Of a stretch of 64,000 nt of DNA, positions 13,201 through 28,200 are shown piece by piece. A program made the position numbers and the translations under genes. The stretch's first letter is position 1. Each line of letters opens with the position of its first letter. The stretch is from NCBI GenBank assembly GCA_963514005.1, contig OY740808.1, positions 24,428,001 to 24,492,000 of the forward strand. The letters run 5' to 3'. A model generated the notes under the pieces. The model was not told where the DNA came from. It searched no databases and was given only the letters and a program-made list of their open reading frames with translations. This DNA comes from Raja brachyura (taxonomy: Eukaryota).

Positions 13201-16200
13201 TTTTGTGTGAAGGGAGAGGAAGTATAACACAAATGCTGTTTGTGAGAGCTTGTAGTCACAAAGCATATTTTGTGATTCTGGTGTGAGATGTTGCTCCAGG
13301 ATATTATGATTTTTGTGCCTTGGAATTAGTCAGACATATTTGCATCCTTTTTATTGCATGTGAATAAAACTATGTGTTTTGTGCTACTCTTTTAAGCGAG
13401 TATGTATATGGGACTGGAGTTCAGAAAATAAAGGATCACTTTGTTCTGTGGACCTGAGTCCTGCCTTCGATCCTCAGGTATGGTTTAAGTTATACATTGC
13501 AATGCTTTTTCATGAATTCATGGAGATAGAGTAGGACAACATAGAAACATGCCTTTTGGCTATTAAGTTCATGGTGGACATTTTGCCCATTTATATAAAT
13601 GCCATTTGTCCTCATGAAGATCATATCCTTCTATGCCTTGCTTATTTAAATATCTAAATGTATTGTAAATGTATCTGATTTCACAGCCTCCTTAGGCAGT
13701 GAGTTCCAAAAAGTGACTACTCTTTGTGTAAAACAAAACTTACCCCTCAAATCCAATTAAAAATGTTATTCTTACTAAATGTAGTCCAACCAGTGTTTTG
13801 TAAAGTTGCAAACTGAAATCCCAGTTTTTATATTCTATCCGTGATCTATGAAGGCAAGTTTGATATAGTGCTTTCCTCACCACTATATCAGTGGTGAGGA
13901 GGAACTTCAAGTACTTTAACTTCAAGGTCTCTCTGTTTATTTACATTCCTTAGTTACCTAACATCTACTCTACATATCTTATCCCATTTGACTTCCAAAA
14001 GTGGATCACTTTACAGTTGTTGCGAATAAATCTCATCGCTAATACTCTGTCCAAATTCCATCAGATCTGCATCCTGCCTGGACATTTGACTAACTTTGTC
14101 TCTATTTACATCGCCAACTGTCTTGTCATCTACAGACTTGCTTAGCAGTTAAGATATTTTAAAATATATAAACAAAATCAGCAGCTATATCATAGAGTAT
14201 ATGCAAATATTTCAGATTGAATGGCATTTTAGCCAGCCTTCTTCTGTCATTACAATAAAAGATCAGACACCTTACAAAAAGCTTACTTTGAGTGTGATTT
14301 ATAAACACACTCCAAATTATTCAGTTTATTCAGTGTCGTTCGTGATCTCACAACATCCTAAAGCACTTGACATATAATGAAATACTTCGCAAATATTATT
14401 ACATTGATCATGAAGAATGTGACAGTCAATTTTTGCATGTTCCCACAAACAGTATTTGCAGTATTGAGGTATTCTGTTTCTGTGATGTTGTTTAAAGGAA
14501 AGACATTTGACGGGACATCAGGGAGACCCCTCCCTCTCATTAATTTCTATTGACTTAACTTTGTTGTCTCATGATTATATTTTTGTATCTTAGCTATACT
14601 TTTGATTATTCCAAGGCTTACATTAAAAGTTAATCTATTGCTATGCTTACAATACTTTATTTTGAGAAAGAGGCCAGTTGGTCATTAGTTATCAACACTA
14701 AATTTCCATATTTCTATGGTCTTAATATTTTTTCTGTTGTGTACTTTTTGATCTAAAATTAACTGAATGGGAACATTTTCTAAACTGCAAAAGCCTTGAT
14801 CTTGCATTGATCATTTTGTTTTTGTAAAGATCTTCAAAGTGATTAATAACAGATTTTAAACATGATAGTTGACAATTGCAATTATTCATTTATTCAGTTA
14901 TCAGGAATGAATCTGTATTGGAAATTGATTTTGGATTTTTAAGTTAAATCCCCTGTATGATAATCATATGGAGTTGATGTAAAATGTTGAAAAGTAGATC
15001 ACTGGCATATTTTGAATATACTGTTCTTTTAGACTTTTATAGCATTTAATCCTGAAGATAACACTGAGCTACTCAGCAACAACAAAACTGAAGTTGTATT
15101 CTATAGTTGGGTGAGTAGTAGAGAATATTAGCGGAGCATGATCCATTCATTTTCTTTGTCCAAGTTTTACTTTATTTTGAAGATAGATACAAAAAGCTGG
15201 AGTAACTCAGCGGGGCAGGCAACATCTCTGGAGAGAAGGAATGGGTAACGTTTTGGGTCGAGACCCTCCTTCAGACTTTACTTTGTTTGGGACATCAGCA
15301 AGTGTATACAGAGAAGCCAGAAAACACTTCCAGCAAAGTTCTGCATGATGCCTGGTAGTAGGCAGTTTCATCTAGGATAAAACCTTGTTCATGTTTAATT
15401 TATTGACTATTCTATATAGTAAAATATAATATAGTAATTTCATTACTTTAAAAATGTCTTTAGTAAAATATTTCACAAAGAAATTGGTAAATTTACCTTT
15501 GACACCTCATCTATTTTAATTAGAAGGGATGTGAAATAAAAAAGGGGACGTTTTTAAAAATGTTATACATTTAAATACATAGCATCGTAGAAACAAGAAC
15601 AGAAATTAGCCATTATAGTGCAGCTCATCCATGCCGACTGTGATACCTGTCTATGCTAATGTCATTTGCGCATATTAGGTTCATATTCCTCTACTCCTTT
15701 CCTATTCATGGACCTGTCCAAATGACTTTTGAATGTTGTAATCGTACCTGCCTCCACTGTCTCCTTTGGCAGCTGATTCTAAATAATCATAATCTTCTAT
15801 GTGAAAGATTTAAGGGCCTGTCCCACCAGCATGCAACTCTATGCGATTAGCGCGAACTAACGTGGTCGCTTGAGCCGTCCAGTGTCGCGGGGCCGGTCCC
15901 ACCGATCGCCGGAGCCGTGCGGAATTGTGCGGAGTTCGTCCCGACGCCGCGCGGGGCTCCGAAAAACCGACTATGTCCAAAAATTCCGCACGGCGACGGC
16001 TTGCCGGCTCTCAGTCACCTCGACATTTACACACTGCCCGGACATCGTGCCTCCGTGAACCTATTTGTAAGTGCCTCCGTGACCCTCTATGTGTGTGGCT
16101 CCATGGCCCTGTGTGTGTGTGTGTGCCTCGGTGTCCCTCTCTGTGTGCTCCTCTCTGTCCTGGCGAACTTACCTTGGACTTCGCTCCAAGTTCGCCTCAC

Positions 16201-19200
16201 TTTGCGCCGTGTTGCGCCACTCACCCGACCTCCGCGCGGCCCCTGCTGCCGGTTTGGTTGCGCTTGCCGCATGCAGGCGCATGCTGGTGGGAACGGCCCT
16301 GTACAGGGGATCACCCGACCTCCGCGCGGCCCCCGCTGCCGGTTTGATCGCGTTCATCGCATAGAGTTGCATGCTGGTGGGACAGGCCCTTTAGTCTTGA
16401 AATCCCTTTTAAATTTCTTCCCTCTCATCTTAAACCTGTGCCGCCTATTTTTAGACTCTCCTCCCCTAAGGAAAAGGTACGATTCTCCCAGGCTCATAAT
16501 TTTGTAAACCTCCATAAGATCACCCTCGGCCTCCTACACTCCAATGAAATAAACCCAGCGTATCCAATCTCTCCTTATAATTACAGCCCACTATTCCAGG
16601 CAACACCCTGATGAATCTCTTCTGCATTCTCTCTATTCCTATCACATTTTTCCTGTGAATCTCTTCTGCACTCTGCTCTCTGTTACATTTCGGTATTGAA
16701 TCCATTTTAAATTGGATTAGAATGCGACAGAAAAATGAAATATAATTTGGTCCCTATTTAAAGTCAAGCTTTCTTTCCATTACTTAGAGTTATTTGATCC
16801 TATTTAAAATGCAAGATGTAAATGATCTTTTTACCACAGATTTTATATCTATTCCAATCAATACCAATATACTTACCTAAAATGTTTTTTTTAAACTGGA
16901 TTCTGATATTACAAATTTCATATGGGACTATAAATCACATAGAATTCAAAGAAGACATTTGTGCAAACCCAAAGAATTTGGTGGATTAACACTCCCTAAT
17001 TTTTCATATTATTATGGACAGCAAACGTCAAAAATGTGATTCACCTGTTGGACAACTGCCCAGCGGGTGGATTGGATAGTAATGGAGAGAGAGGATTGCC
17101 CCCCTTTTGATATAGGAACGATCCTTCTCTCACCAACAAAATTGAATAATACAATATGTAGTAAAAATCCAATTATTCATAGTACTATTAGAATTAGGAA
17201 ACAAATAAAATTAACACTTAAATTACAAAATTTATCCCTTCTCATATAGTTAATAATCCGTCATTTAAACCTTCTAGTATTGATAAATCATTTACATATT
17301 GGGAAAGAATAGGAATTGAATTGTTCAGAGACATGTATGAAAATTCAAATTTCTTATCATTCCAACTTAAATACAACTTGAGAAGTAATCAATATTTTAA
17401 ATATTTTCAAATTCGTGATTATTTGAAAAAATATACACAAGAATATCAAAATTTGTCTCCAGACTTATTAGATGAAGCAATGAACGTAAAGGCAGATTCA
17501 ACTAATTTAATATCATATTTGTATAATATTATCCTAAATATAGAAATACCATCATCTGATAGAATTAGAAGATATTGGGAACAAGAACTAGCTATAAAAA
17601 TCTCGAAAGAGAGTTGGGATAAACACTTGCTATATGTGCACAAATGTTTGATCAATGTATTTTAATCCAATTTAAAACTTTACATAGACTATATTATTCA
17701 AAAACTAAAATAAGTACATTTTTTCCAAATGTCTCCCCAATTTGTGATAAATGTCTATCCCAAGAAGCAACCATAGCACATTCCTTTGTTTTTTGCATGA
17801 AAAATCCAAAAATTCTGGAATGAAATCTTTGAAATTTTTACAAAATTATTAAAATAAAATTGAAACCGAATGCAGAATTGATTATTTTTGGAACAATGGA
17901 AGCCAGCTTTGGGCTGACTTCGTTCCAAAAGAGCTTCCTTAATTATGGCTTAATAATGGCAAAAAAACGTATACTTAAATTCTGGAAAAACGCTCCCACA
18001 CCAACGATAAAAATGTGGATTTCAAATATGTCCGAAACGTTACACCTAGAAGATATGAGATTCCTCCTTGCAGGCAAATCAGACCATTTCCAAAAGATTT
18101 GGTCTCCATTTATCGACTTATTACAAGCATAGGGTGCAACACAACTCTCTCTATAAATGGTATCAGGACCTGGTGAGGGGTGTGTAAAGATACGAAGGAA
18201 GTACATCCCTTTTATCTTAGCTTATTTTAATTTCTCATATTTTCTGTCTTCTATTTTTTTTTCTTTCTTTTTCATATTTTCCTTTGTTTTTCTTTTTTAG
18301 TCTTTCTTGTGTCTTACGCTTTTACGGGCTCTTCCAGATCACTCTCTCACGCACTTACTATCCTATCTAACTCTCTCTATTCTTCTTCTTCTTCTTCTTA
18401 AAGTATAAAATAAGAAGTGGTAGAGGAAATGTATTGTGTTATTTTTGGCTTATATCATTGTAATGTACAATACTTCTAGTAAAGAAAATTAAAAACTAAA
18501 ATAAAATAAAATGCAACATGTATTCTGGAATTATCAGGGATGCAAAACCTGCCCGGTGAAGGATTCACTAAAAAGTCTTCCTTCCCAAGTAATAGTTCTG
18601 CTATTTAAAATCCCGAATAAACAACATTCAAAACCTGAAAGTTGATATGAATAAAATGTACTTCATGCCATTAGGAATTAAATTTGGTTGTCATTTTTTG
18701 CTGGTAATTTATGCAAATTTAAAAGTCAATCATATTTATTTTACTATCAACTTTTTCTTAATCTATGTCTGCAATGACTGCCTTTAGAAAGAGAACCAAC
18801 TGGAATTTGCATCACCAATTCTTACAGATGAAGTAAGTACAGATAAAATGTTCAAACATCAAAACTTGAAACAAGCTACGAATGTAAAGAGCAAGTCAAA
18901 AATTAACGTAGACTAGAATAACTAATAACCAATTACTCCGTAAAATTTCTGTTTACATTTTCAAAAATCGCCTGGTTTAAAATGAAGATAAATGAAATTA
19001 AGCTGGAGTTTAGAAGATTTCGGTCAGTGGGCAAAATTAAGGCACATGGTATTGGGGGTAGAATGCTGACATGGATAGAAAATTGGTTGGCATACAGGAA
19101 ACAGAGTAGGGATTAATGGGTCCCTTTCAGAATGGCAGGCAGTGACTAGTGGGGTACCGCAAGGCTTGGTGCTGGGACAAGCCTTACAATATACATCAAT

Positions 19201-22200
19201 GATTTAGATGAAGGGATTCAAAGTAACATTAGCAAATTTGCAGATGACACAAAGCTGGGTGGCAGTGTGAACTGTGAGGAGGATGCTATGAGAATGCAGG
19301 GTGACTTGGGTGAGTGGGCAGATGCATGGCAGATGCAGTTTAATGTGGATAAATATGAGGTTATCCACTTTGGTATCAAAAACAGGAAGGCCGATTACTA
19401 TCTAAATGGTGTCAAGTTGGGAAAAGTGGAAGTGCAATGGGATCTGGGAGTCCTTGTTCATCAGTCAATGAAAGTAAGCATGCAGGTACAGCAGGCAGTG
19501 AAGAAAGTGAATGGCATGTTGGCCTTTATAACAAGATGAGTTGAGTATAGGAGCAAAGAGGTCCTTCTGCAGTTGTACAGGGCCCTAGTGCGACCACACC
19601 TGGAGTATTGTGTGCAGTTTTGGTCCCCTAATTTGAGGAAGGACATTCTTGCTATTGAGGGAGTGCAGCGTAGGTTTACAAGGTTAATTCCTGGGATGGC
19701 GGGATTGTCATATGCTGAGAGAATGGAGCGGCTGGGCTTGTATACTCTGGAGTTTAGAAGGATGAGAGGGGATCTTATTGAAACATATAAGCTTATTAAG
19801 GGTTTGGACACGCTCGAGGCAGGAAACGTGTTCCCGATGTTGGCGGAGTCCAGAACCAGGGGTCACAGTTTAAGAATAAAGGATAAGCCATTTAGAACGG
19901 AGACGAGGAAACGCTTTTTATCACAGAGAGTTGTGAGTGTGGAATTCTCTGCCTCAGAGGGTGGTGGAGGCTGGTTCTCTGGATACTTTGAAGAGAGAGC
20001 TAGTTAGGGCTCTTAAAGATAGCGGAGTCAGGGGATATGGGGAGAAGGCAGGAACAGGGTACTGATTGGGGATGATCAGCCATGGTCAAATTGAATGGCG
20101 GTGCTTGCTCAAAGGGCCCAATGTCCTACTCCTACACCTATTGTCTATTGCAGAAAAGTTGCAGAGGTTAAAAAAAAGCCTTTAGTTTATTGAATAGCAG
20201 AGCAAGCATAAGTTGCTGTGCAGCTCATTCGTGCTTATACTTATATTCTTCTTGAACCTACTCAGGAAATCACAAAAAAAAATTTAAATATGTCTCAGTT
20301 AACTCACTTACAACAACATCTACAGGGTTGAAAGATGGTGTGGCAATGTCAAATGTCAGCAAATGATTCTTGTGTGACTTGGTGGGAACAGGCAGAAATT
20401 TGAGTCTTGCTTCGATCAGTTCCTAATTTCAGCCAAGTTGACAACATTTGACCTTTCCCTGAAGTGGAAAGTCAATGAGACAGGCAGATGGGCAGTCTCC
20501 AACATATCCTGATGGGGGCTGCAGAACCATTATACCACTTGGTGCAAGGCATTCAGCCAAAAGACAAGAGCTATATGTATATAAAACAAACAGAATAACA
20601 TAAGCTACATAAACAACTATTAATCAGTGATATGACCTTTTACAGAGAGTACTATAACCCTTGCTTTTTGAAAATAAATGATGCTGATTCAATTGTTATG
20701 ATTATAAGGATACCAATTTTCTACTTATGTTCAATTGTTAACTTTCTAAACTTTAGCACTGTGACCTTTTCATTCACAGACATTTAACAAAGTTGTGGGA
20801 ATCTACTGTCAATCAGTTTTCCATCTTATTCCTTCACAAGTACTCACTGGCACTTCTGCAGGGAATTTGGTTATCTGGGACACTGTTGGTACAACTCATA
20901 GTCAATTTGATGCAATGAAATTATACAAGAAAAAACCTTTAAAACTCATGAATCTACAGAATGATGGTATTACAGTGGTCGAGGTAATGGACAGGTAAGG
21001 GAGAGGTGGGTTTTCATCAGGGAATCGGTATAGAATTCAGATGTGCATTTAACCTGTATTGTAGTCACTCAAAGTTGAATTAGAATACTGATATTTTCTT
21101 GTTTAAATACGGTTCTCCCCCCCAAAAAAAATTCAGAGAAATCACACATTTCAAAGTTGAACTTTATAATTTTCTATATTTTGTGAGAAATAAGTTATTC
21201 TTGCGAGGACCCTTCCCTCAAACATGGAATTACTTCAATCTTTTTTATCCAAGTAAAAAAAAATCTCAATCAAAGAATGTCGATCAATCCTTTTGGTTAA
21301 TATGCAATTATAAACAGATAATGATATATTTAGAATGTTGATCCGGTGAATCAGAGGATGATATCCTTAAATGTTTATCTTTACAGAGTTCAGACAAAAG
21401 ATGATTATTGTATAGGTATTTCCCAAAAATGATTTTTATACATTTTATACATGTTTATTTAAAAAAAAGTAAATTGTAGCAAAGTCCACAATCCTTCACC
21501 AGATTGTGTTGATGTCTCAATGGATCGGCATTTAGTTCACCAGATATTAATCTGTGCATTACTTTTAACCCACCAGAGCCTCAGTTCATGCACTCCCTTT
21601 AACACACTGGGCTCTATTTCCCATGCCCCACTTTAACAAACTGGGGCCCCATTTCCAGCACTCCTGTGAAACGCACCAGGGCCCCTTTTCTGCACACTCT
21701 TGAAACTAATTGTGACTTTGTTTTCATTGCCCCTTGGAACTGACTAGAGCTCCATATGAAACTCACTTGGTTTTGTTTACTGTGTTGCCTTTAAATTTAC
21801 AATGTTTGTTGGAAAAAAAAATCTACTACTATGAAACACCTAAAAATTAAAAACTAATTAGCAGTGTTTTGGAGTATTAATTTGGAATAGCATCCAATTG
21901 CCTGAAAAACTATTTGTTGCTACTGAGCTATCTGAATAATCTTAATATCTGCGACCATAATTATGCCAGGATTTACAAAATGATTACAAAATATTTTCTT
22001 GGAGATTAGAATAATGGATAGCATAAAGTGCTACCTATGTTATTCCAGCTGACAACTTTAGATGCCATCACTCATTGTGTGCTGAAAATCATTCCCTGTG
22101 GTCTGATGCTGCTTTGAATTGTGTAACCCCTCAGAGCTGAGATTTTATGAAAGCACAAGAAACTGCAGGTGCTGGATCTTTTTTCAGGAATAAGTGAGCT

Positions 22201-25200
22201 CAGTATCTCGTGCGCGCAATGAATCATGGGATTAAGTCAAATGTCATTCGGGATGAACAAAGAATGTATTGGATTCATACAAGCGAGCAACCACCGAAAA
22301 CAAGCCACGTTATCTCCGACTGCCTTAATGCTGTGGCACAAATTGCAAGCTTTGCCCCAATACAGCAGTAGGTTTTCACCAAATCCAACCCTTATCGTTA
22401 ATGCTACCATAATGTGATCTGCGGGCTTGGGGTGCATTGCAAACTGAATAGTTCACTATGGAGACTGGACTGCCTCCCTCAAGTTTCAGACAGCGGAGGC
22501 ATGAAGGCAAGAACACCATTCTCCGCTAACTTGAGTAGCCCTAAGCTAATTGGAGCAAAGTCTGAACATTCAACATTGTTAGCACGCCCTGCGATGAAGT
22601 GGACCTGAGCACTCACTCACCCGAAGCTACCGCTGTTGTTGTTATCCCCGTCGGTGTGGTCTGGTCTCAAGACGATGGTCCAGGTGAAGGGAATCGGGTT
22701 GAGTCCGGCGTCACCTGCCAAATCACTGCAGGTGGTCACTGAGTAACCATCTGGCTGCCTGGCTCTGGCAGCAACTTCCCCACCACGGCCAAAGTCAGGC
22801 AGCAACTATCCCCACTGGAGAGGCTGCGAACACCACTCCCCGCAACCATGTGTACACGTGAACAGCTCTCCGTGGGACGATGCAGCACCCTATCTATCTC
22901 CGCACACAGGTCGCTAGGTCCAAAGTCAACGAGGCAAAGTGGGGAGACCTGTGACTTGGGCGAAACAGCAGCTATGCAGGACATTTTGATGCGCCTACTG
23001 AGGTGGGTTCCCCACAACGCAAATCTTCCCTGTGCCAACATGCCGATGCTGAAACTTTCTCTTTGTGTTGGGATAATGATTACGTTTAGTCTAATTGACT
23101 CCCACGAGGGTGGAAAAGCGGAAGAAAATAGTAAGTTTATGTAGCAGTTAAGTCTCTAGGAGCTGAGCTAATTCTCCACCTCTGTGAGGTCCTACTGATT
23201 GCTTGCCTTCATGGTTAAATATTTACTCTGCTGCAGAAGCCACCAGCCAGTAGGTGTTAATCAGAAGTCCTGTGTGATTAGCCCAACTAATTTTCTTCCA
23301 TGACTTGACTAGCTCTAAGCTAATTGTAGCAAATCAATTGATTAGTTAGGAGACTCGTGACTAAGTTTTGTACTACACAACTTTACTTATGTACATGCAG
23401 AACTCATTCAGAAGTCAACAAATGTGCATACAGCCTGTGGCCGTGAACTAGTATAATAAGAGGTGAAAACCCCACAAAACCTGTGCACAAAAAAACAGAA
23501 TAAAATGGACCCGAGTTCTTGCCCCAGAACCTTTGCTATTATGTCAGAAATGCATCCTGTTTAATTTAAGCTTAAGTGCGTGGGACACATTAGGGTAGAC
23601 AGTCAGAACATTTTTCCCGGGGTGGAAATGTCGAAGTCAAGAGTCAAGTCAAGAGAGTTTATTGTCATGTGTCCCAGATAGGACAATTATATTCTTGCAT
23701 AGCTTTAAGGTAAGAGGGGCAAGTGTATATGAGATGTGGGGGGCAAGGTACACAGAGAATGGTGGGTGCTTGGAACGAACTGCCAGTGGTGGTGTGGGGG
23801 CAGAAATGATATAGGGACATTTAAGAGATGTTCAGATAAGCATATGGATATGTAGGAAATAGAGGGGTATAGATCATGTGCAGTCAAAGGAGATTAGTTT
23901 GTTTAGTTTAGTTGAGTTTATCGTCACATGTACCGAGGTACGGTGAAAAGCTTTTTGTTGCATGCTAACCAGTCAGCAGAAAGGCAATACATGATTACCA
24001 TCGATCCATTTACAGTATAAGGGAATAGCATTTAGCGCAAGGTAAAGCGAGCAACGTCCAATCAAGGATAGTCCCAGCTTCATCAAAGTGGAAGATATTA
24101 ATTCAGGACAGCTCTCTAATTGTGGTAGGGTGATTCAGTTGTCTGATAACAGCTGGGAAGAAACTGTCCCTGAATCTGGCGGTATGCATTTTTACACTTC
24201 TATACCTTTTGCCTGATGGGAGAGGGGAGAAGAGGGAGTGGCTAGGGTGCAAATTGTCCATGATTATGCTGCTGGCCTTGCTGAGGCAGCGTGAAGCATA
24301 AATGGAGTTGGCATCATGTTCGGCATGAACATGTGGGCCAAATGGCCTGTTCCTGCGTTGTACTGTTCAATATTCTATAACACCAGTAGCCTGTGGTATC
24401 AGACATCTAAGAAATGTTGTAAACGTCACCCCAGACCTCTGACGCAGCCTCTGTCACTGCTACAGTGACATCTGCCCGAGTAAATGTTGGCAGAAGAGAA
24501 GGTAGCACATGAGCAATTCCAGCCAACATCTTCAATTGGATTAAAGGACTCTGAATCTCTTGAAGAATTTAAGGCAGTTGCATGCAAAGTGGATGCATAC
24601 TGATTTGGTGGTTCCTCAGTCTGAGGGATGAACACAAATGAATGTGATGACCCAAATGTTGATATTTTTACATTTGTGAATAGAGTGTGTTGAAATATTA
24701 TTTAAGGCAAGGGTAAGTGCGTGTTCATACGTTGTAAACTGATTATATTTATTTCGATAGTTATTGTATCTTTCATATTTATTACAGGTACATTGTGACT
24801 GGTGATATCAAAGGTTGCATCAGGTTTTATGATGAAGAAATTTGTTTACTTAATTGGTACAGTAATTTACACCTGGGACCCATCCATTCAATTTCCTTCT
24901 CCAGTCAACCAGCTAGCAAAGCAAATGAGAAATCCTCTTACCCGTCAGAATCCACCATCAAAGCTCAACAATTTGTTGTCAGGTTAATAACAGTAATACT
25001 TTATTTAACTGCTACACAATTAAACAATATGGTTTAAAAATCTCTGTGTAATAATTTCTTAGTTATATGCACTATTGCACCTTTTAATTCATAGGAATAT
25101 TATGCATAAATCAGGATAGTGCAATAAATTCAAGCTTATATTTTCTATCCTGTATTTGTTCTTTTCATTTCAGATATGCATCAATGTTAACTGACTATTT

Positions 25201-28200
25201 TATAGGGACTGTTTAATTGCTTCTGTTGGAAAAATAAATGGTAAGGACAGAGAAAGAGAGCGTAAAATGTTATTATCAGGTTCATATGGAGAAAGAAAAC
25301 ATTCACACAGGCTTAGAGACACGAGGAGTTACAGATGTTGGAATCTCGAGCAAACAATAAGTGCTGGAGGAACAGTGGGTTGGGCAACATCTGTGGAGGA
25401 AATGGGCCAATGATGTTTTGGTTCAGGAACTTTCTTCCAACTGATCAATTCTGCAAACTTCAAATTCTGAAGAAGGGCCTCAACCCAAAATATCGTCTTT
25501 GCCATTTGCTCCACGGATGTTGCCTGACCCGCTGAGTTCCGCTTTCTGTTTTATTCTCACAGGCTTGATGAGCTCATAGGCCTAATCTTGTGAGGCAGAC
25601 CTATTGTCCATATGCGACTGGATTTACTTGGGTCTTGTCATGGATGTCCAAGTTTCCAATGCTAATGTAGACCTAAGGTAGCTACAAAAGGTCCTTCACA
25701 GCACTGGTGGATTCCTTGGAGTTCAGCCTGTGCAGCACAAACCTCTGCAAGTTTCCCAACAATCAGACTGGGAAACCTTGCTGTCCCTGTGCCAGTTTAA
25801 ACCGTGTAAGCACAGTGGTCCCCATTCAAATCATTGGAAGAAAATGGTTGCTTAGAAAGTTGTAAACAGCTATACTTTAAATATTTACCAGAGTTTTAAA
25901 TGTTAAATACTAACATCTTTGATAACCAATACGTGCAGGAGGCTGGGCTTAGGGACTCATCAGCTGTCAAAACAATTCTTAGTACATGCAACTGTCTGCA
26001 TTGAGATAGCTCTTATGTTATGCTGAGCCATGCCAGAGTGCTGGGAGCTTGGCTCTTAACAACGGATCATGCCAGGGAACGTGCTGGAGCAAAGAGCACG
26101 ATACCGGGCAAGTGGCTGGTAATTTCAGGAAAATGGCAGTCATGGTGTCATACCCTTCTCTGACTTGCTTATGTGTGCCTGTCTACATACCTCTTGAAAT
26201 GAGTAATTGTATCTGATTCCACTACCTCCTTTGGCATTGTTGCAGATAACAACCATGTTCTGTATAAAAACAAAACAAACAACCAAAGTGACGCAGCTGA
26301 TAGAGCTGCTGCCTCATAGAGAGACCAAAATTTGATCTTGACCTCATGAACTGTCTGTGTGGAGTTTGCACATTCGCCCTATGACCGCGTGTGTTTCCTC
26401 CAGGTGCACCCACATCCCAAAGACGTGCGGGTTTGTAGGATAATTGGCATCGGTAAATTGCCCCCGAGGAAGTAAATGTGAAAGTGAAGTGGGATAACCT
26501 AGAACTAGCGTAAATGGGTGTACAATGGTCAGCCTGGACTCGCTGGGCGGCAGGGCCTGTTTCCATGCTAATCTGTAAGTTTAATTCCAAATCTCCCACT
26601 TCTCAATGTAAAACTATGCCCTCTTACTTTTGATACCTTATACCATAAGAAACAAAATTGACCATCTAACCTATCTATGCACCTTATCAACTTCTATCAT
26701 GTCCTTCCTCAGCTTCCATTGCTCCAGGGAAGCTATTTACCTTTTATAAAAGCAAAATAAGTACTAAAAATGTTTTTTTTTGTCCATTTATTCCATGTAG
26801 AAACTTTGTTGTGTCTACAGTTGATGCTACAGTGGCTCATGTAACTGGAGACGGGTGCAAGCTTGAAATGTTATTGCAGGAGCACAGTGCAGCATTGCAT
26901 GCCATAGCATGTCATCCCTCTCTGCCTCTCATTTGTATGGGAAGCTATTGCGGACTTCTGAAAGTCTGGGACTATGAGAACAAGGAACCTGTTTGCAGCA
27001 GGCTGTTTGGAACTGGGAACTTTATTCATTGTGTGACCTATAATAAAGCAGGTATGAGCAATAAATTTAACGAGTAGATATTTTAGTTTTTAGTATTTCA
27101 AGCATTCACGTAGATACTCTCTATGAGGCAGTATCAAGGTCTTCGATGTCGGGTATTGGGTGTAAAAATAATGCTTCTTCAAAAGGTCCCAAACAAGAAC
27201 CCTTGGTACTCTAATTTCATTTTTTTAATGTCTCACAACTCCTATCTGCTAGTCGCTTTCAGTGAGACTTCTTATTGAGTGCTAATTATCTTGAATTTAA
27301 TGTTGTGATTCATGTTTGTTGGTTAGTGGATAGATCGTGACTCTTAGTGACTGGATTCATCAGCCAGAGTTAGATTTGCATCTTGGTCCTAGATGTTAAA
27401 TATAATAAAAAATAAAAAGAAGATGTTACAGAACAATGGATTATTCAATCCCTTGAATCATTGTCCTGGAGTTTGCTGACAAATACAGTAGGTTCTGTGG
27501 GTTTCAGCTGATGGACACAATCTTGCTGAGATGCCTCAGACCACTCAAACCACTGGTATTTTAATTTTTTGATTGTTTGATATATCAAAAATTGATTTAA
27601 ATAGGTTTGCAGGGTTGGAGAGTAGAGTAAAATAGAAGATAAATCATTTTTATTAAATACAATTTACGTATTGAATTGAGAATGATTTTCCCAAATGCCA
27701 AAGCTTGTAAGGGAACTTTAGGGGCAGTGTGTCATGGGAGGCCCCATTGCCTCTCAGGCCATGCTGCTGGCAACAAGGACACTTCTGGCTACAAGTTAGG
27801 CCCCCTACATCTGCCACAGGTAAGTATGGGCATGTGTCATGTACGTGTTTAATAGTAAGATTAAACGAGAACTTACCTGTTCAAAGTTTGATCTTTATTT
27901 TATGAGGAGTTACGATGAGGGACGTGAAGAAGCCTGGCGCATGATCGGCATACTTCAAAGCAGCTGCATGAAAAACACAGAACCAATAGCCGGAGTAAGA
28001 TAGTAAGGCTCACATAGACTAGAACTACCAGATGATCATTTATATTATGAGGGTTGGAAGCGGAGGGCACGTAATCCCTCATCGTAACTCCTCATAAAAT
28101 AAAGATTAAACTTCGAACAGGTAAATCTTGTTTAATCTTACAATTTTACTTCGGAGTCACGCAAGTGACTACGTGAAGATTTTAAAGCTCAGTGTTTTTT

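Noticed and set aside
15870-16507. Overlapping ORFs up to 196 aa
   Set aside because: Lie within a GC-rich MITE; no transposase or other motifs.
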